Below, in pieces: positions 51,681 to 64,000 of a stretch of 64,000 bases of DNA. The notes beneath the pieces are model-generated. The model was not told where the DNA came from. It ran no database searches and saw only the letters and a list, made by a program, of their open reading frames with translations. Origin of the DNA: Camelus ferus (lineage: Eukaryota); assembly GCF_009834535.1 (NCBI RefSeq), contig NC_045697.1, positions 23,376,001-23,440,000 of the forward strand, read 5' to 3'. Made by a program: the position numbers and the translations under genes. Positions within the stretch are counted from its first letter, which is position 1; each line of letters begins with the position of its first letter.

Positions 51681-52479
51681 GAAGAAGGAATAACTGTTAG
51701 TAAACTTGGCAAGCTCAGATCCACAGCCAGAAGTAGCTAATGACTTCCAGGTATTTCTGCAGGTTCCTCAGAGGAATTCATAATCTTGAAAACCTTGTTG
51801 GAAAAGTTTCTCCGAGTAAGGAACATCACAGGTAAAGGAGCTTGAATACTGGCAAACAGTGTGACATATAACAAGAATTCAAAGTAGTTTAGTAGAGTTA
51901 GAGCCTAAAGAATCTAAAAGGTGATAGATATGCAGGGAGTAAGCCAGAGTGATTCCTATATACCACCTAAGGAATGTGTCTTTTATGCTGTGTGTACTGA
52001 GAAACATTTGAATGCAGGCAAAAGAAATGATAACACTTAGAAAATTATTTTTAAAAGCCATGTTAAGAAGGAGTGAGAAATCTAAAAACAGTAATAAACA
52101 TATTTAAGGAAGTAGGAACAATGATACTTGGTGTTCCCTTAGATGTGTAATCCGGTGAACATACCATGGTCCCATCTTCCTCAACCTCTCAGCAATATTT
52201 GTAATAGTTATCAATCCTTTCTTTCTAGAAAACTCACATTTCTAGACTTCGAAGATGCCATACTCTTCCAAATTTTCTCCTTCCTTATGGCATATTTCCT
52301 GTTAATTCTCTTTGCTATCTCCACCTCTTTTGACTTTTAAGTACTGGAGGACCTCAAGGTTTGGTTTCAAACTCCTTTTTTCCTCAATTTACTTTTTTGT
52401 GTATTAAATAACTCATTTATGTGTCATTAATAGTTGTTAACAATTTATAAAAAGAAACATGCTGCCAATGACTTTATTA

Positions 52480-53180
52480 AAATTCTCAGTCTTACAGCAA
52501 TCTGTTAATGTAAATTAAAATAATGACATACCACTTCACGCTCATCAGTTTAAAAAATAAATATTAAAATCTGACAATGCCCAGTATTAGATTAAAACAA
52601 AAAAACTTTGATACATTACTTAGTGAGTGTAAATCAGTTCAATCAATGAAATTTTGATGAAGTTGAGAGCAATATTTTTTGTTGTTTGCAGCTATATTCT
52701 TGGAACAATGGCAAGTGCCTAGCATGTCGTAAGTGTTTAACACATATTCATTGAATAATAATTTAGAAGTGCAAGCAATCTGGAAAAATCTAGTAAAATT
52801 AAAGTTAACATTTCTTACCTAGCAATTCAAATTGTAGGTAAATTTCTGAAGGACATCTCCAATCATATGCCCAAGGAGACAAGGGCTGTCATATTCATTG
52901 CAACATTATTATAATGGCAAAAAAATTAGGCAGACAAAGCATAGAAAAATAATAAATACCCTCTCACTCTAGAGGGTAACCACCTCCAGTGAGAGAGAAA
53001 TAATTGGGATGGAGAGGGATACACATATTTTGAATAGTATCTATAGTATTTTACTCCTATAAAAATAATCCAAAGGAATTATGACAAGATAGGTATAACT
53101 AAGCTGAATGGTGGGTAAGTTTTCATTATATTATTTCCTAAACTTTTCTCTATATTTGGCATTTATCATAATTTTAAAGA
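52480..53180 (+). mobile_element. Old L1ME-like 3' fragment with a short L2 tail inside (~52680-52760)
   Basis: 'aaattaaaataatgacataccacttcac..ctagcaattcaaattgtagg..atattcattgcaacattatt'. Confidence 0.55.
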
Positions 53181-53213
53181 TGAGAAGGCATACTAGACCA
53201 AGAACTATGAGCC

Positions 53214-53679
53214 TGTTGATGAAAAATTAATCAGACAATCTAAGAAGAAATGGGAAAATTTATTCAAGTAAAATTTTAGGATTATAACCCAGAAAGAACA
53301 TCTCAGAAAGCTCTGAGAATTGTTCTGTCTATTAGAAGACAAGGCGCAGTTATATGTTTTTTGAGACAGAGGGCTATACATCAAACAACATGTTATTTTA
53401 ACATTTTACATAATCCAGATCTAAGGGTCATCATCACAGTGGATCTTGTGCCCCCTTAGAAGATCAAAAAGGAATGTTATCTTTTAAATCGTTTTGTTGA
53501 TGCCAGGAGAACGTGGCTCTTTATGGTTGGGCAGGTATTGGCACTGATGGGGAAGGCTGGTCGATGCGCAATGCAGATACACAATGCACAGTAGGGGAGA
53601 GGGGAGGCCAAAGGGCAGAAAAAGATTTTTTCTGTTTAAATTTTTTTGTCTCACTATAAAATATGAATTTTATTTCACA
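53214..53679 (-). mobile_element. ERV1-class solo LTR (466 bp) with perfect 4-bp TSD
   Basis: TG..CA termini flanked by AGCC (53210-53213) and AGCC (53680-53683); AATAAA on the minus strand at 53259-53264; a 4-bp TSD is typical of ERV1. Confidence 0.88.
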
Positions 53680-56600
53680 AGCCCTTATATTAGAGTCCCT
53701 ATTCTGCATTATAATAAAATTTCTGGGGAATTTACATACAACATTGAATGTGAAAGAAAACATTTTATTAATACAGTATAATTTTTTAGCAAGAAAAATT
53801 TGGGTGATTTTAATTACTATTCATAATTCTCCATACACTTAAGGAAAGAAACAAGATACTTTTCTTCATTTTCTGCTTTTTTCCTCATTTCTGGGCTTCA
53901 TCTGTAATTATTCTCTACTTTTCCATATCATATATTCTTGCCTTTGTCCTGGCTTCTTTTCTTCACTGTTTTTGTAATTACACCTTTTTAATAAGCTAGC
54001 AGCAAAACTATGGATGCAGTCAAGTAACTAATTTTGATCTCTATAATAATAATGAATGATAAGGAAAGTACTAGAAAACAGATAGAAATGTTATTTTCTC
54101 AACTGCAGTATCACAGTGGAAGTCATGTAAGAAGGCAGATTCTTACCAGGACTTCCAAGTACAGCTATAAGGGGAATTTAGTAAGTGCTAACTGCTTAAT
54201 AAATATTGGTTGGATTTATGAGAGAATGGATGAATGATTTAATTCACCAAGAAGTTACAATAATTTTAAATTTGTATAAGTCAATAGTGCAAGTTTATTA
54301 TGCAATAGTGTATAGTAAGTCAAATTTACTTTATGAGTTCCCATAGGATAACCAAGTATAACTTCTGTCTCAGGGCATTAAGCTATATCACCTATAAGTA
54401 CCACTAAATGCTTGGTTAGAAATCCCTTTATATCTGTAGTGACAACAATACAGAGTGCTGAAATGTATCAAAAACAAACACACAAAAAAACACCAGTCTG
54501 GGCTTATTTAAAATCTTCTAGAAAGATACAATGATTCAAAATGTTATTCCTAATGAGATAGACATTACCAGAGATTCTGCAAGTTATTCACTCTTAAAAT
54601 TTTTCCTAAGTCTAAAAAGCAGTCAATTTACCCTCTTAATGTTCATATATGTTCAGGCTTTGCAGGCAGGAGCAAGGATGGCTTCTCATCCCTTACATCT
54701 TGTTTCTTGCCTAATCAAAGCATTTTCTAATTCAAATTGCATTAAGTGGTGCAGATCAGAAGAGTTCATCTAGTCATTGAATGAGCAAAGTATCCCACTG
54801 AGGGCTGAGCTGAGGAATCACTTAAAGCTTTTACTATCAAGCTGTTTTCCACCTATTTATTTTCCATGACATTGATTATCATTTTCCCAAGACTGGTTTC
54901 TCAATAGTTTCTTTTCCTAGTGAGGTGGTATTAAAAAAAAAAGTAATCTTCCTCATTTACATAAATCTCAAATACCTAATCCTCATCATATTGTCAAACA
55001 ACCATCCTACCTAAACTCACCCAAATGTAATATGACAAAATACAGTATTGTATCGCAAAGTAGGATTTTAAAGTTTTACTCACTTTATGAGTACAATGCT
55101 GGGAACTGACAAAGACGGTACCATCTTAGAGTGTACTAATTCATCGTCTGTTTTGACCACATTCATTCAATTAACGCTTAGAAGACCAAACTATTTGAAC
55201 AGGTTTCTGCTTAATTCCTTGATATTCGGCCATTTCTTTCTATACATTTTTTTCCAATTAATTGAACTAGCATAAAAAACAATTTAAGATAATTATCTAT
55301 TTTTCAGTGATTTATTTTTAAAAAGAGTTAAATTAAAGGAAAATTCAGTCCAATTTTAAATTAGAACACAAACTTTGTCAACATTCACCAGTTCCTCTAG
55401 CTGCCCACAATACAAAGCCACATGCCTTATGCCAGAAATTCCTTAATTATATTTAAAATAAATAAATGAATAACATTTTGATTCTAAACAAACTTAAAAT
55501 TCACACCTTTTTCATGGGAAATCAACTCCCCTGCCAATAACCATGGTAGCAGATCTCAGGAATTTTTATTGAGAGGATACTGATATCCTTTCAATGAATG
55601 CACAAATAGGAGATAAACATCTGAACGAGTTTTACAAGACTAATTATTGTCTCTTGAGAATCTGGAATTTTGATAATGAGATTGAAAGATGGCTTCTGCA
55701 TGGGTCTGAAGGTGAGACATATAAATGTGTAGTCAGTCAATGACGACGAGAACTAAAGAAGCTAAGAAATTTATCCTGCTGGAGCCATGAATAAAGCTGG
55801 CTGTTTTCAGAGAAGCACAAACTAGGGAAAATAATCCTGACCTCTTGATAATATCCAGAATAATTTAGAGAGCTTATCAACATACTTCATATAGGAGAAG
55901 GATCAGTGGTTAAAATGCAAACAATAGGTGTGTGTGCACGTGTGTGTCTTTTAACGTTCCATGAACTGAGAAATTTGATCACTTTTCAAGTCCCTTCTCT
56001 TCAAGACCATTGTAAACTCAGAAAAATTTTATAAATGCTAAGGCCCATGTGCAATATACATATAAATGAGTTTTAAAAAATGAAAGTAGTATGCGGGAAT
56101 AGGTGCAGTACATTTTTTCAGGTATAGCTCAGATTAGAAGTTATTCTCTCCTTAGAAAAGTGAAGGTTGTTTTTAAAGGCTGCCCCCACTACATTGCTGC
56201 AGAAAAAAAAAAAATTAAAAGAGAAGCACACTTCCAGAACTTCATGAATTTTTTTTTCAGCAGAAAACATGAATAGGATGCTAGAACTAGTATTTATAGT
56301 TAATAAAGACTTTATACTTGAAAGTCTGATCTTTGAGCAAATGTAAAGAGAAAAATTACTTGGCAGAGCATCATTATGATAGGAAATACACTTGAATACA
56401 AGAAAATACGCCATTTTCCCATGATTTTGTTGAGGGTGTACAATAGTACTCACAGAAAAAATATATATTTGAATCACGCAGTCTCATAAAGACCTTAAGA
56501 TAGACCGAAATAAGTTGTAGCAAAAGGTATTGAGGAAAAGTTAAACAAGTTTCACATTATAGAAACAATATGAAAGGTATAAGTTTGAATAACTAAAAAT

Positions 56601-57649
56601 TGTTTAAAATAGTCCAATTCATAATAGAAGTCAATAGAAAGAATACATTGCAAAATTAGTATGTGATTGCACATAACTGAAGATACATCAGCATTTGGGG
56701 TAAGAGTATGATAATGTATATCTAACAACTGAACCAGTGACGTGATGACTCTTAGTTTCTTTTCCATTATGAAGTATCATCAAATGGTGTTATTTAGTTA
56801 TTGATCGAATCATATTGTTTTCAACAGGAACACAATAAACACTATGAAAAACCAATACAGATGTTCTGGAACAAGTGCTTTGTGAAATTTATAAATTGTC
56901 CATAAAGATAAAAAAGCTCAAATGACAAAGACATAATTAAGAGTTGCAATTTGTGTGGGAAAACAAGGATGCTTTATCTTGTTACTGGGATTCCTGTAAC
57001 TCGAGTCACAATGTTGCTACCAATATGCGCGTAAGGAAAGCAGAAGCAATATAGGAAATTTATCTTATTAAAAAAATACATACCAATGACCTTTAATGTT
57101 GAAAAACAGTAGCATCGTCTTTGTGTATGACAATAGATACCCTTTTTACAACAAGGATAGATGAATTAGTATACAAATCAATACTTAGCCTATATGTAAT
57201 ACATACTCAGAGGATTTTTTTTCTTAACTAAAATTTATTTTGTGAATTTTCATGATAACCAGAAAAGGTAAACAATATCTACATACCAATTTATCTTCAA
57301 TCCCCTGAAAGAAAACAGTGGAGACTGAAAATAACTATGCAATTTTGATTCCACATTGAAGTAATTTTTTAAAATGAATGAACTACATTGTGTAATTTTT
57401 CAACAACCAATGAGAAGAAATGAGCAGGGACTACAATAATATGCATTTTCACTCTAAATTTAACTGTGTATCAAGGCAAAGATGAGATAAAAAGCTGTAA
57501 CTTTGTGGATTTTTTTGTATATTTGTTCTAACTTTGAAGACTCCTCCACAATTCTGATTTCTCTCAGGCCCAAAGGATTCTACTATACTACCGAGTTTCA
57601 TTAATTCTTGCTTACTTAATTGTATAATTTTCAGTAAAAACCATCGATT

Positions 57650-58540
57650 ATCTTTTTAACTCAGCATTTTATTATTTTCTGTTTAGTACTTTTATTGTTT
57701 ATAAGTCCTTGCACATAATTTTAAGTTTTAAACATATACCTGTGTTCACTTTATTTCCTTTGTCTACTAATGCAGTAATACGAAGCATTTGTGTGTTTCT
57801 GCTATTTTTTTGTGTGCAGATTCCACTCATGTTTCCTTCTTATTTTTTATTTGTATCTATTTTGACTGTAACTTTTAAAAAATTTTCCCTCGAAATTTAT
57901 TTTAGAAATTCTTCACAACCTTGAGTAGAATTGAGTTCCTCCAAGGTAACTTTTGCCTTTGCATCTGACAAGCACCTGGAGGCACCTGGTCAGATTTCCA
58001 ATTTGTGATTTTTTTGCTTCTTGACTTCATAGAAGTTGTGAATTTTGGCTACAAACCTGCATTAGAGGAACTTTGTGAATATAAATTTTCAGTAGTCTTT
58101 TTACATGTTTTTGTTTATTACAATTATTAGTATTGGACTTTCCAAGTGGCAACAAGTTACAAAGGAATGAATTTTCCGTTTAGTACCCAAGAAATGTATT
58201 TCATATTTTCACTTAACATGAGAGATTCTGGCTTAGGTGTTCAAGAGCTCCTTCCATACCCCACTGTGGATGGTCTATTCTTGGGTCTTAACTCCTCCCT
58301 GAGATGTCTTACACAGCTGATTTGAAGTTCCAGTGGTCTGGAAGACCTCTGGTGAAATCATCGCTGCAGGGAAACACTCTCATGCTCTGACTCCTTGTCT
58401 GCTCGGGTCTCTGGCATTTTTATCAGATAACTGATGGTTTTAAACAGGAATATTTTCTATTTTATCCAGAATTACTAGTTTTTTTCAGCACAGGGGCAAT
58501 GCAGATAACTAGCTTATCATATTAGCAAAAATGGATGTCC
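57650..58540 (-). mobile_element. Very old L1ME/HAL1-like 5' region
   Basis: 'tttgcatctgacaagcacctggaggcac...tattttatccagaattactagttttt..gcttatcatattagcaaaaatggatgtcc'. Confidence 0.45.
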
Positions 58541-60454
58541 TTTTTTTGTCAGTTTATTTGTTTTAAGACTGATGATGCTTCAAATGGTTTAACCACTGAG
58601 ACTTTCAGTATACCTTAACAGCTAACTATTTTCTTTACTCATTACAGAAAGAAACTAAAGGCGACTATTATTAACTGGGCACTGTTAAATTTATGTTCAA
58701 ATTCTGAAATAAAAACTGATAAAATATTCTCTAAAGGAATCCAAGAGTATATTAGAACTTTACTCTACACCAAACTGCCTTGTTGAAACATGCAAACATC
58801 CAGTCTTGAAATGTGTTACACCTCTGGTCATAGTGTGTGATTTAACCTAAATCGTTAGGAAGGACTAAATCCATAATTCTTCCTTGCATATTTCATCTCC
58901 TAAACCAAACAATTTCTGCTATTCCTGGACAGTTATAATTCTTTGATAGGAATTTTTAGTTTACTATAGATGAAAAATAAGAAAAACTTAACTGATGGTA
59001 TATGTAACCTGATTTATAGCTTAAGCCATTTACCATGAAGCAGGTCATTGTTGCTCAGGTGAGAACGACAAGTCTTGTCATTTCTCACAGTGTTATATAA
59101 ACACAGTATTTTAAAAAACGGTATGCTAGCTTTTATTTCAGTTATTAATATTGCTAAGTATTCAATGGTATAATGTACATTGAGTGGGCCAATGTGCAGC
59201 AGTGTTGATGCTGATAATTTGAAAATTTTCCTCCAAGAAGAAATGTATGTCTTCCTTGTAGGTGGATGAGTGGCTATGGGAAGAAACACCAGCATGTTTA
59301 TGGGTCCAATCTCATATCTTATAATACTTCTTTGAAATGGCTAATTTGACCCATTAATTTACTATTTTAGATAAACTCCAATTCTACATGTGTATCTGAA
59401 ATATGTGATACATTTTATTTACACACAAGATGGGCATTTTGTGTCTTAGATGTTTTTTAAATTAGGATGAACTAAATGTATCAGGAGACGGCATAACTTA
59501 TAGAAGACTGTATCTTATTTTCTTGGAAACCTTTGACTTCTAGGAAGTTGACTGGCTTGGGGATTTATTAACACATATTAATAATGTCAGGCCAATTTCT
59601 GAAATTCACTGCGAGTGGAAGCTATTCAGAAAAGATGCTGTCTGGGTTTTGAACAGGGTGACTTTCCCTAGTGCACTCCACTCTTTCACCCATGTGTTTT
59701 CTCTACATTATTTCAGAGTTGAAATTAGTGCTATTGTCAAGAGTTCATAATGGAAGTGCCACTGTTATTCAGTGTTTATATTATACCGAAAACAACGATC
59801 AAAGATTAATTAAAGGTTAAGGAACAGTGGGTTAGAAAACAAGTAAACACACACTCACACACACTCACAAAACTGGCAATTAAGGTTAGAAGCACATAAT
59901 GAGTGGCAAAATTCCCTGTTAGTGATTAAGTATATACTGCAACTGAATGTAAAAATCAAAGGTGATAGTGACAGAAATTAATTTTGTTCATATCATGGAC
60001 AGTTACAGGAGACACAGCACCAAGCAAGTTCATAGAGTTGCAAAAATTGAAAACACAGAAGACTTATTAAGGGCATCAAGTTCATCTCACGCCTGGTGAA
60101 AGCTTGTTTAGGAAAAGAATGATAGATGGTTCTTATTCTTAGTCTTCTCTAGTTTGAAACATTTGGAGAAGTAAAGCTTTTGCTTGTCCTCATTTCAATT
60201 CAGAACAGTCCCAATCTAACATATCCCTTTCATCATAAACACGCCCCATGTGTATACCCAGAGCTCTCCAAAAAAAAATTGCCCTTCCTGAGGCACAGCC
60301 AATTTTATCTTTTTTGTGCCTTTTCATAGTTTTCATACTGTTGAAATAGCCTCCCCAGATTTTCCATAGCATTTTCTTCAATTGTTTTAGGTCATCACAA
60401 AGGCCATCACTGTCATGAAGCATTTCCTCAACTACTCAATTTTTACTTCTTTAT

Positions 60455-60685
60455 CTTTACTTTTTAATTTCTTAACTTTTTATTTTAAACTAATTTTAAA
60501 CTTACAGAAAAGTTGCAAAAATAGTAAGGAAACCTTTATATCCTTCTTCCACTTTCCTTAATGTTAATATTTTAATTAGTTGTAGTACAATCATCAAAAG
60601 TATGAAATTGATATCATCACAATACTATTTAAAAACTACAGACTATTCAATTGTTGACAGTTTTCCACTACTGTCCTTGTATTGA
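60455..60685 (-). mobile_element. L1MC-like 3' end fragment
   Basis: 'taattttaaacttacagaaaagttgcaaaaatagta...gtacaatcatcaaaagtatgaaattga'. Confidence 0.7.
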
Positions 60686-60791
60686 ATACCTGTAGCTAGA
60701 TTCGTAAGACTGGAATTCATGGAAGAGATTGTGGATAGAGATTATTTATTTGGGAATTATAAATATATAGAATATTTAAAATCATGGTTTG

Positions 60792-60921
60792 GGGGAGGGT
60801 ATAACTCAGTGATAGAGTGTGTGCTTAGCATGCAGAGGTCCTGGGTTCAATCCCCAATACTTCCATTAAAAAATACATATATAAATAAGTTAACCTAATT
60901 ACCCCTCCTCAAAAAATTAAT
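60792..60921 (+). mobile_element. tRNA-Ala-derived SINE (camelid Vic-1-like)
   Basis: GGGGAGGGTATAACTCAGTGATAGAGTGTGTGCTTAGCATGCAGAGGTCCTGGGTTCAATCCCCAATACTTCCA aligns to tRNA-Ala(AGC), followed by 'aacctaattacccct' and an A-rich tail; degenerate TSD aaaatcatggtttg/aaaataaatgggtttg. Confidence 0.88.
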
Positions 60922-61404
60922 AAAATAAATGGGTTTGGAGGAGATCACCTAGGAAGTGACTGCAGACATAAAATAAGATATCAAAATATTTGTCCCTGGA
61001 GGTGTTTATCGTTCAGAAACTGGGAAGATGCAAATTCACCAAAGAAACTGAAAAAGACTATCTAGTGAGTGCTGAGGTTGACATACCAAGTATAAAATAA
61101 ATACTGATAGTGGATTGTTAATTTTGAGAAAGAAGTCCTGAATAAGAAATCTGGGATTTGACCCTATGCATACAGAGCAAAATTTAAATGATCATTTTTA
61201 AAGAAGGAAAGGCTGTGTTTATAGCTACAGACCCAGGTATGTCAGTAGTTAATAGTTTTGGTAACATGTAGAAATTCTCTTCTATTAGCTTTTTTTTTTT
61301 TAAAGTGAAATTTCTAAAAGCAAGATTACCAACTGAGAGTGAGGACTGAGGAGGAGGTGAAAATAAGGGTATCAAAAGTAAGAAATTTCAACAATCAAAG
61401 CTTC

Positions 61405-61770
61405 ACACAGGGAACAGTCTTCTTACTCACTAGCTGTCTGGGTAGTTTTCTTTAAGCTCATCTACTGGGTGGATCTCTTCCAAGTGGCTCTTGGATTCAG
61501 TCTCTGTCCAGTAGCTGGCTACCATGGACTTCCAGCATGAAGCTTCATCCACAGTGCAGGAAGGGCCAGTAGGGGGAATGTGGAGTGGGAACATTAGTTC
61601 TTAACTGCCTTGATTTTCAAGTGACTCATAATTTGTGGTCACATTTCATTGTCAAGAATGAATCACTTGTTCTCTACTCAATTGTGACAAGGCCAAGCAT
61701 GACCATTTAGCCCCATCACCAGGTGGAGGAAATAGCTTTTGTGAGCATGTAGCTCATCTTTGCTATAAAG
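61405..61770 (-). mobile_element. Old MaLR LTR fragment (MLT1K/L-like)
   Basis: 'gttcttaactgcct..aagtgactcataatttgtggtcacatttcattgtcaagaatgaatcac'. Confidence 0.5.
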
Positions 61771-63231
61771 GGGGAAAAGGGGGAAACATTACTTAAATCC
61801 TTAGGAAGATAAAAATGATTGGATATAGGAAAACTGCTGAGCAGAACTAAAGTCTCCCTTGAGATTTATGATTCTAAGTGAGAGTATTTTGCATAGTTTA
61901 ATATTAGTTCTCAAAGTCATGGTCATGACTCTAAAGTTAAGGTAGTCAGTTTGGTTGTGATGTTTTCTGCCTGTGGGGACTAGGAAGAGAGCTGGACTTA
62001 ATCACATTAGAGTTTTGCCTGGAAGGTTCAAGTGAAGGAGGCAACAGAGTTAAAGGAATACGCAAAGGAGTGATTATAAAGTTGACTGGAACAAAAGCTC
62101 AATAGGGAAGAACGTGAAGATAAAAACTGAGAAATAATGAAAAGATTGTAGGGTCAACAGACCCTGGCCCCCTGGGATTTAAAAAAAAAAAAAAGTTGAG
62201 TCAGGGACCAGAGGGGATGAAGCAGAAATGCAGAAGTTGTGGTCAGGTAGTAAAGAGCTTATAATTAGATGTGACAATGAGAGACAGGATAAAGGGGAAG
62301 ATCATCAGAGGTGAAAATATTGGAAGTAACTTCTACAGGAATGTTGAAATAATTCTGAATTATGATAGGAGAAACAGAGTGGCAGTGATTCAGGGGACGA
62401 AATCTTCAGGTTATGAAGAAGAGTAGACTGGGGGACTGCAGATGATCATATGATTTTCAAAAGAGTTTTATAGACTAGAGAGAATCATCTGGAAGTGACA
62501 AAAGGATCCAAAGGATGCCTGTTCAACCTGTAGGCACTGATGTGTTTGAGAGGAAAAACAGCCATCTTCAGAGAGATCCAAGGAAAACAAAGTCTTGGGG
62601 CACTGTGATGATTTTGTTTTTAACAAGATGGTGAAGGAACTCTGGAAACAACGGATTTCACTGATGAAAAAAAAAAAAAAGCATGAATTTCAATGGACAA
62701 ATAAAAGATTCTTTATCGTCCAGAAGAGTTAGATTGGATCAGATGAGGCGATTTACAGAGTTATTTCAGGATGAGAATCCTGTTGATGAGGGATGATAGG
62801 AAATTAATTAATTTCAGCAGCTTTGATCAGTTGACTGTTATTTTATATCTTTTCCCAGTTATCTCCGGAACACAATGCATTTGTTTAGGCAATGGTTTAA
62901 CCTCACACAGCAACACACTTGGATACATATACACACACAAACAAAGGAGATATGACCTGAAATATAAATCACATGCATAATACTTGAGAGGCCAGAATGT
63001 AAATCAACAGAGATGCCAAATGCATCATAAAGGCTGAAATATTGTAATAACCAGAGGGAAGAAATTCAGTTTATGTAAGTATTAGAGGATTTGGGTTTTA
63101 TTTTTTGTCAATGGTCTTATTGTTGAAGGAAGATAAACTATTATCTAAAATCAAGTGAGTCATTTTCATGTGATTAGACTCATCTGTTTTTGGAAATACT
63201 AAGGGATCCTTGAAGTGATTTAAAACTTAAG

Positions 63232-63611
63232 AAATTATATTCTAAGTGAAGTAAGCCAGAAAGAGAAAGAAAAATATCATATGAGATCGCTCATATGAGG
63301 AATCTAAAAAAAAAACATAAATACAAAACAGAAACAGACTCATAGACATAGAATACAAACTTGTGGTTGCCAAGGGGGCAGAGGGGGTGGGAAGGGACAG
63401 ACTGGAATTTTAAAATGTAGAATAGATAAACAATATTATACTGTATAGCACAGGGAAATATATACAAGATCTTGTGGTAGCTCATAGTGAAAAAAAATGT
63501 GACAATGAAAATATATATATGTTCATGTATAACTGAAAAATTGTGCTCTACACTAGAATTTGACACAACATTGTAAAATGACTATTATTCAATAAAAAAA
63601 GCTAAAAAAAA
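63232..63611 (+). mobile_element. Young 5'-truncated L1 3' end (camelid-type)
   Basis: 'ctaagtgaagtaagccagaaagagaaag..cttgtggttgccaagggggcagagggggtgggaaggg..ctgtatagcacagggaaatatatacaagatcttgtggtagc..aataaaaaaagctaaaaaaaa'. Confidence 0.92.
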
Positions 63612-64000
63612 GTATAATGTTTTGTTAAATTTATTAAGTGCTATTATCATCCTGTAGACAACTACTGAAAATAAATGAAGAATTGGTATCAAAGCCATGC
63701 AACCAGAATTTTAATTAATGCTTGTGATAATTGATCTTTACTAAATAGGATGATGACGTTATGTGGTAATTAGATTTAAAAATTTAATAACAGAAAAATC
63801 AATATTTTATTAAGACTTAAACCACCCACCCTTAACAGCATGGTGGTATAGGCCATATAAATAGTAATCATAGCCAGTTCTCTTCCCTTTCCAGGTATAG
63901 TCAGTTGAGCTAAAATGCTTGTTTTGAAAATGCAAATTGGTCCCAACTTGATTGATAAAGCAGGGAACTATGGGAGCCCATGACTGGGTTAACAAATCGT

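Larger units (their letters stand above)
60690..62830 (-). mobile_element. Long decayed L2, interrupted by a SINE and an MLT1 LTR
   Basis: 'ggaggagatcacctaggaag..gggaagatg..caaagaaactgaaaaag' and purine-rich L2 ORF2-like sequence at 61780-62830. Confidence 0.5.

Noticed and set aside
51740..51837. + strand 69/81-nt exon candidate ending CAG|GTAAAG
   Set aside because: Short pyrimidine tract with competing AGs; peptide not recognised
54751..54761. cagatcagaag resembling the start of miR-383
   Set aside because: Only ~11 nt match; the rest of the mature sequence and the hairpin are absent
56100..56230. Strong minus-strand acceptor tttttttttctgcag
   Set aside because: Derived from a poly(A) run; no credible downstream donor
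56742..56880. C/D box snoRNA (GTGATGA)
   Set aside because: No CTGA D box or terminal stem at a suitable distance
57078..57175. Minus-strand exon ending TTG|GTATGT
   Set aside because: Purine-rich weak acceptors (aaaaag, taaag); no recognisable peptide
63878..63900. Recursive splice site ttctcttccctttccAG|GTATAG
   Set aside because: The reconstituted donor GTATAG is weak compared with GTAAG/GTGAG; cannot be supported without nascent RNA data
958..63995. Supplied ORFs (60-126 aa) as protein-coding genes
   Set aside because: All are short, compositionally biased, and either lie within L1/LTR/SINE remnants or lack recognisable domains and exon structure
1..64000. CRISPR array, operon or other prokaryote-like system
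   Set aside because: No regularly spaced repeats or dense long ORFs; the sequence is clearly mammalian

Overview
AT-rich, CpG-depleted mammalian genomic DNA (intron of a long gene or gene desert). Two tRNA-Ala-derived SINEs and the young L1 3' ends point to a camelid (inference). I find no recognisable cellular protein-coding exon, tRNA/rRNA gene, CpG island or CRISPR array. The supplied ORFs are chance ORFs or L1 fragments. Much of the window is transposon debris: L1, L2, MIR, MaLR/ERVL/ERV1 solo LTRs and hAT-Charlie elements. The most informative element is a decayed class III (ERVL-like) provirus on the minus strand (~11190-14567). It reads LTR, Ser-tRNA-like PBS, short gag region, protease, RT and RNase H, and is not visible in the ORF track. 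Other observations: a well-formed 82-nt non-coding exon candidate on the minus strand (33367-33448), an unexplained 28/30-bp direct repeat 1.34 kb apart, a textbook + strand branch point/3' splice site (50318-50369), and several hairpins in unique sequence. I cannot support a genuinely new biological system here. Repeat subfamily names are recalled by eye and boundaries are approximate.
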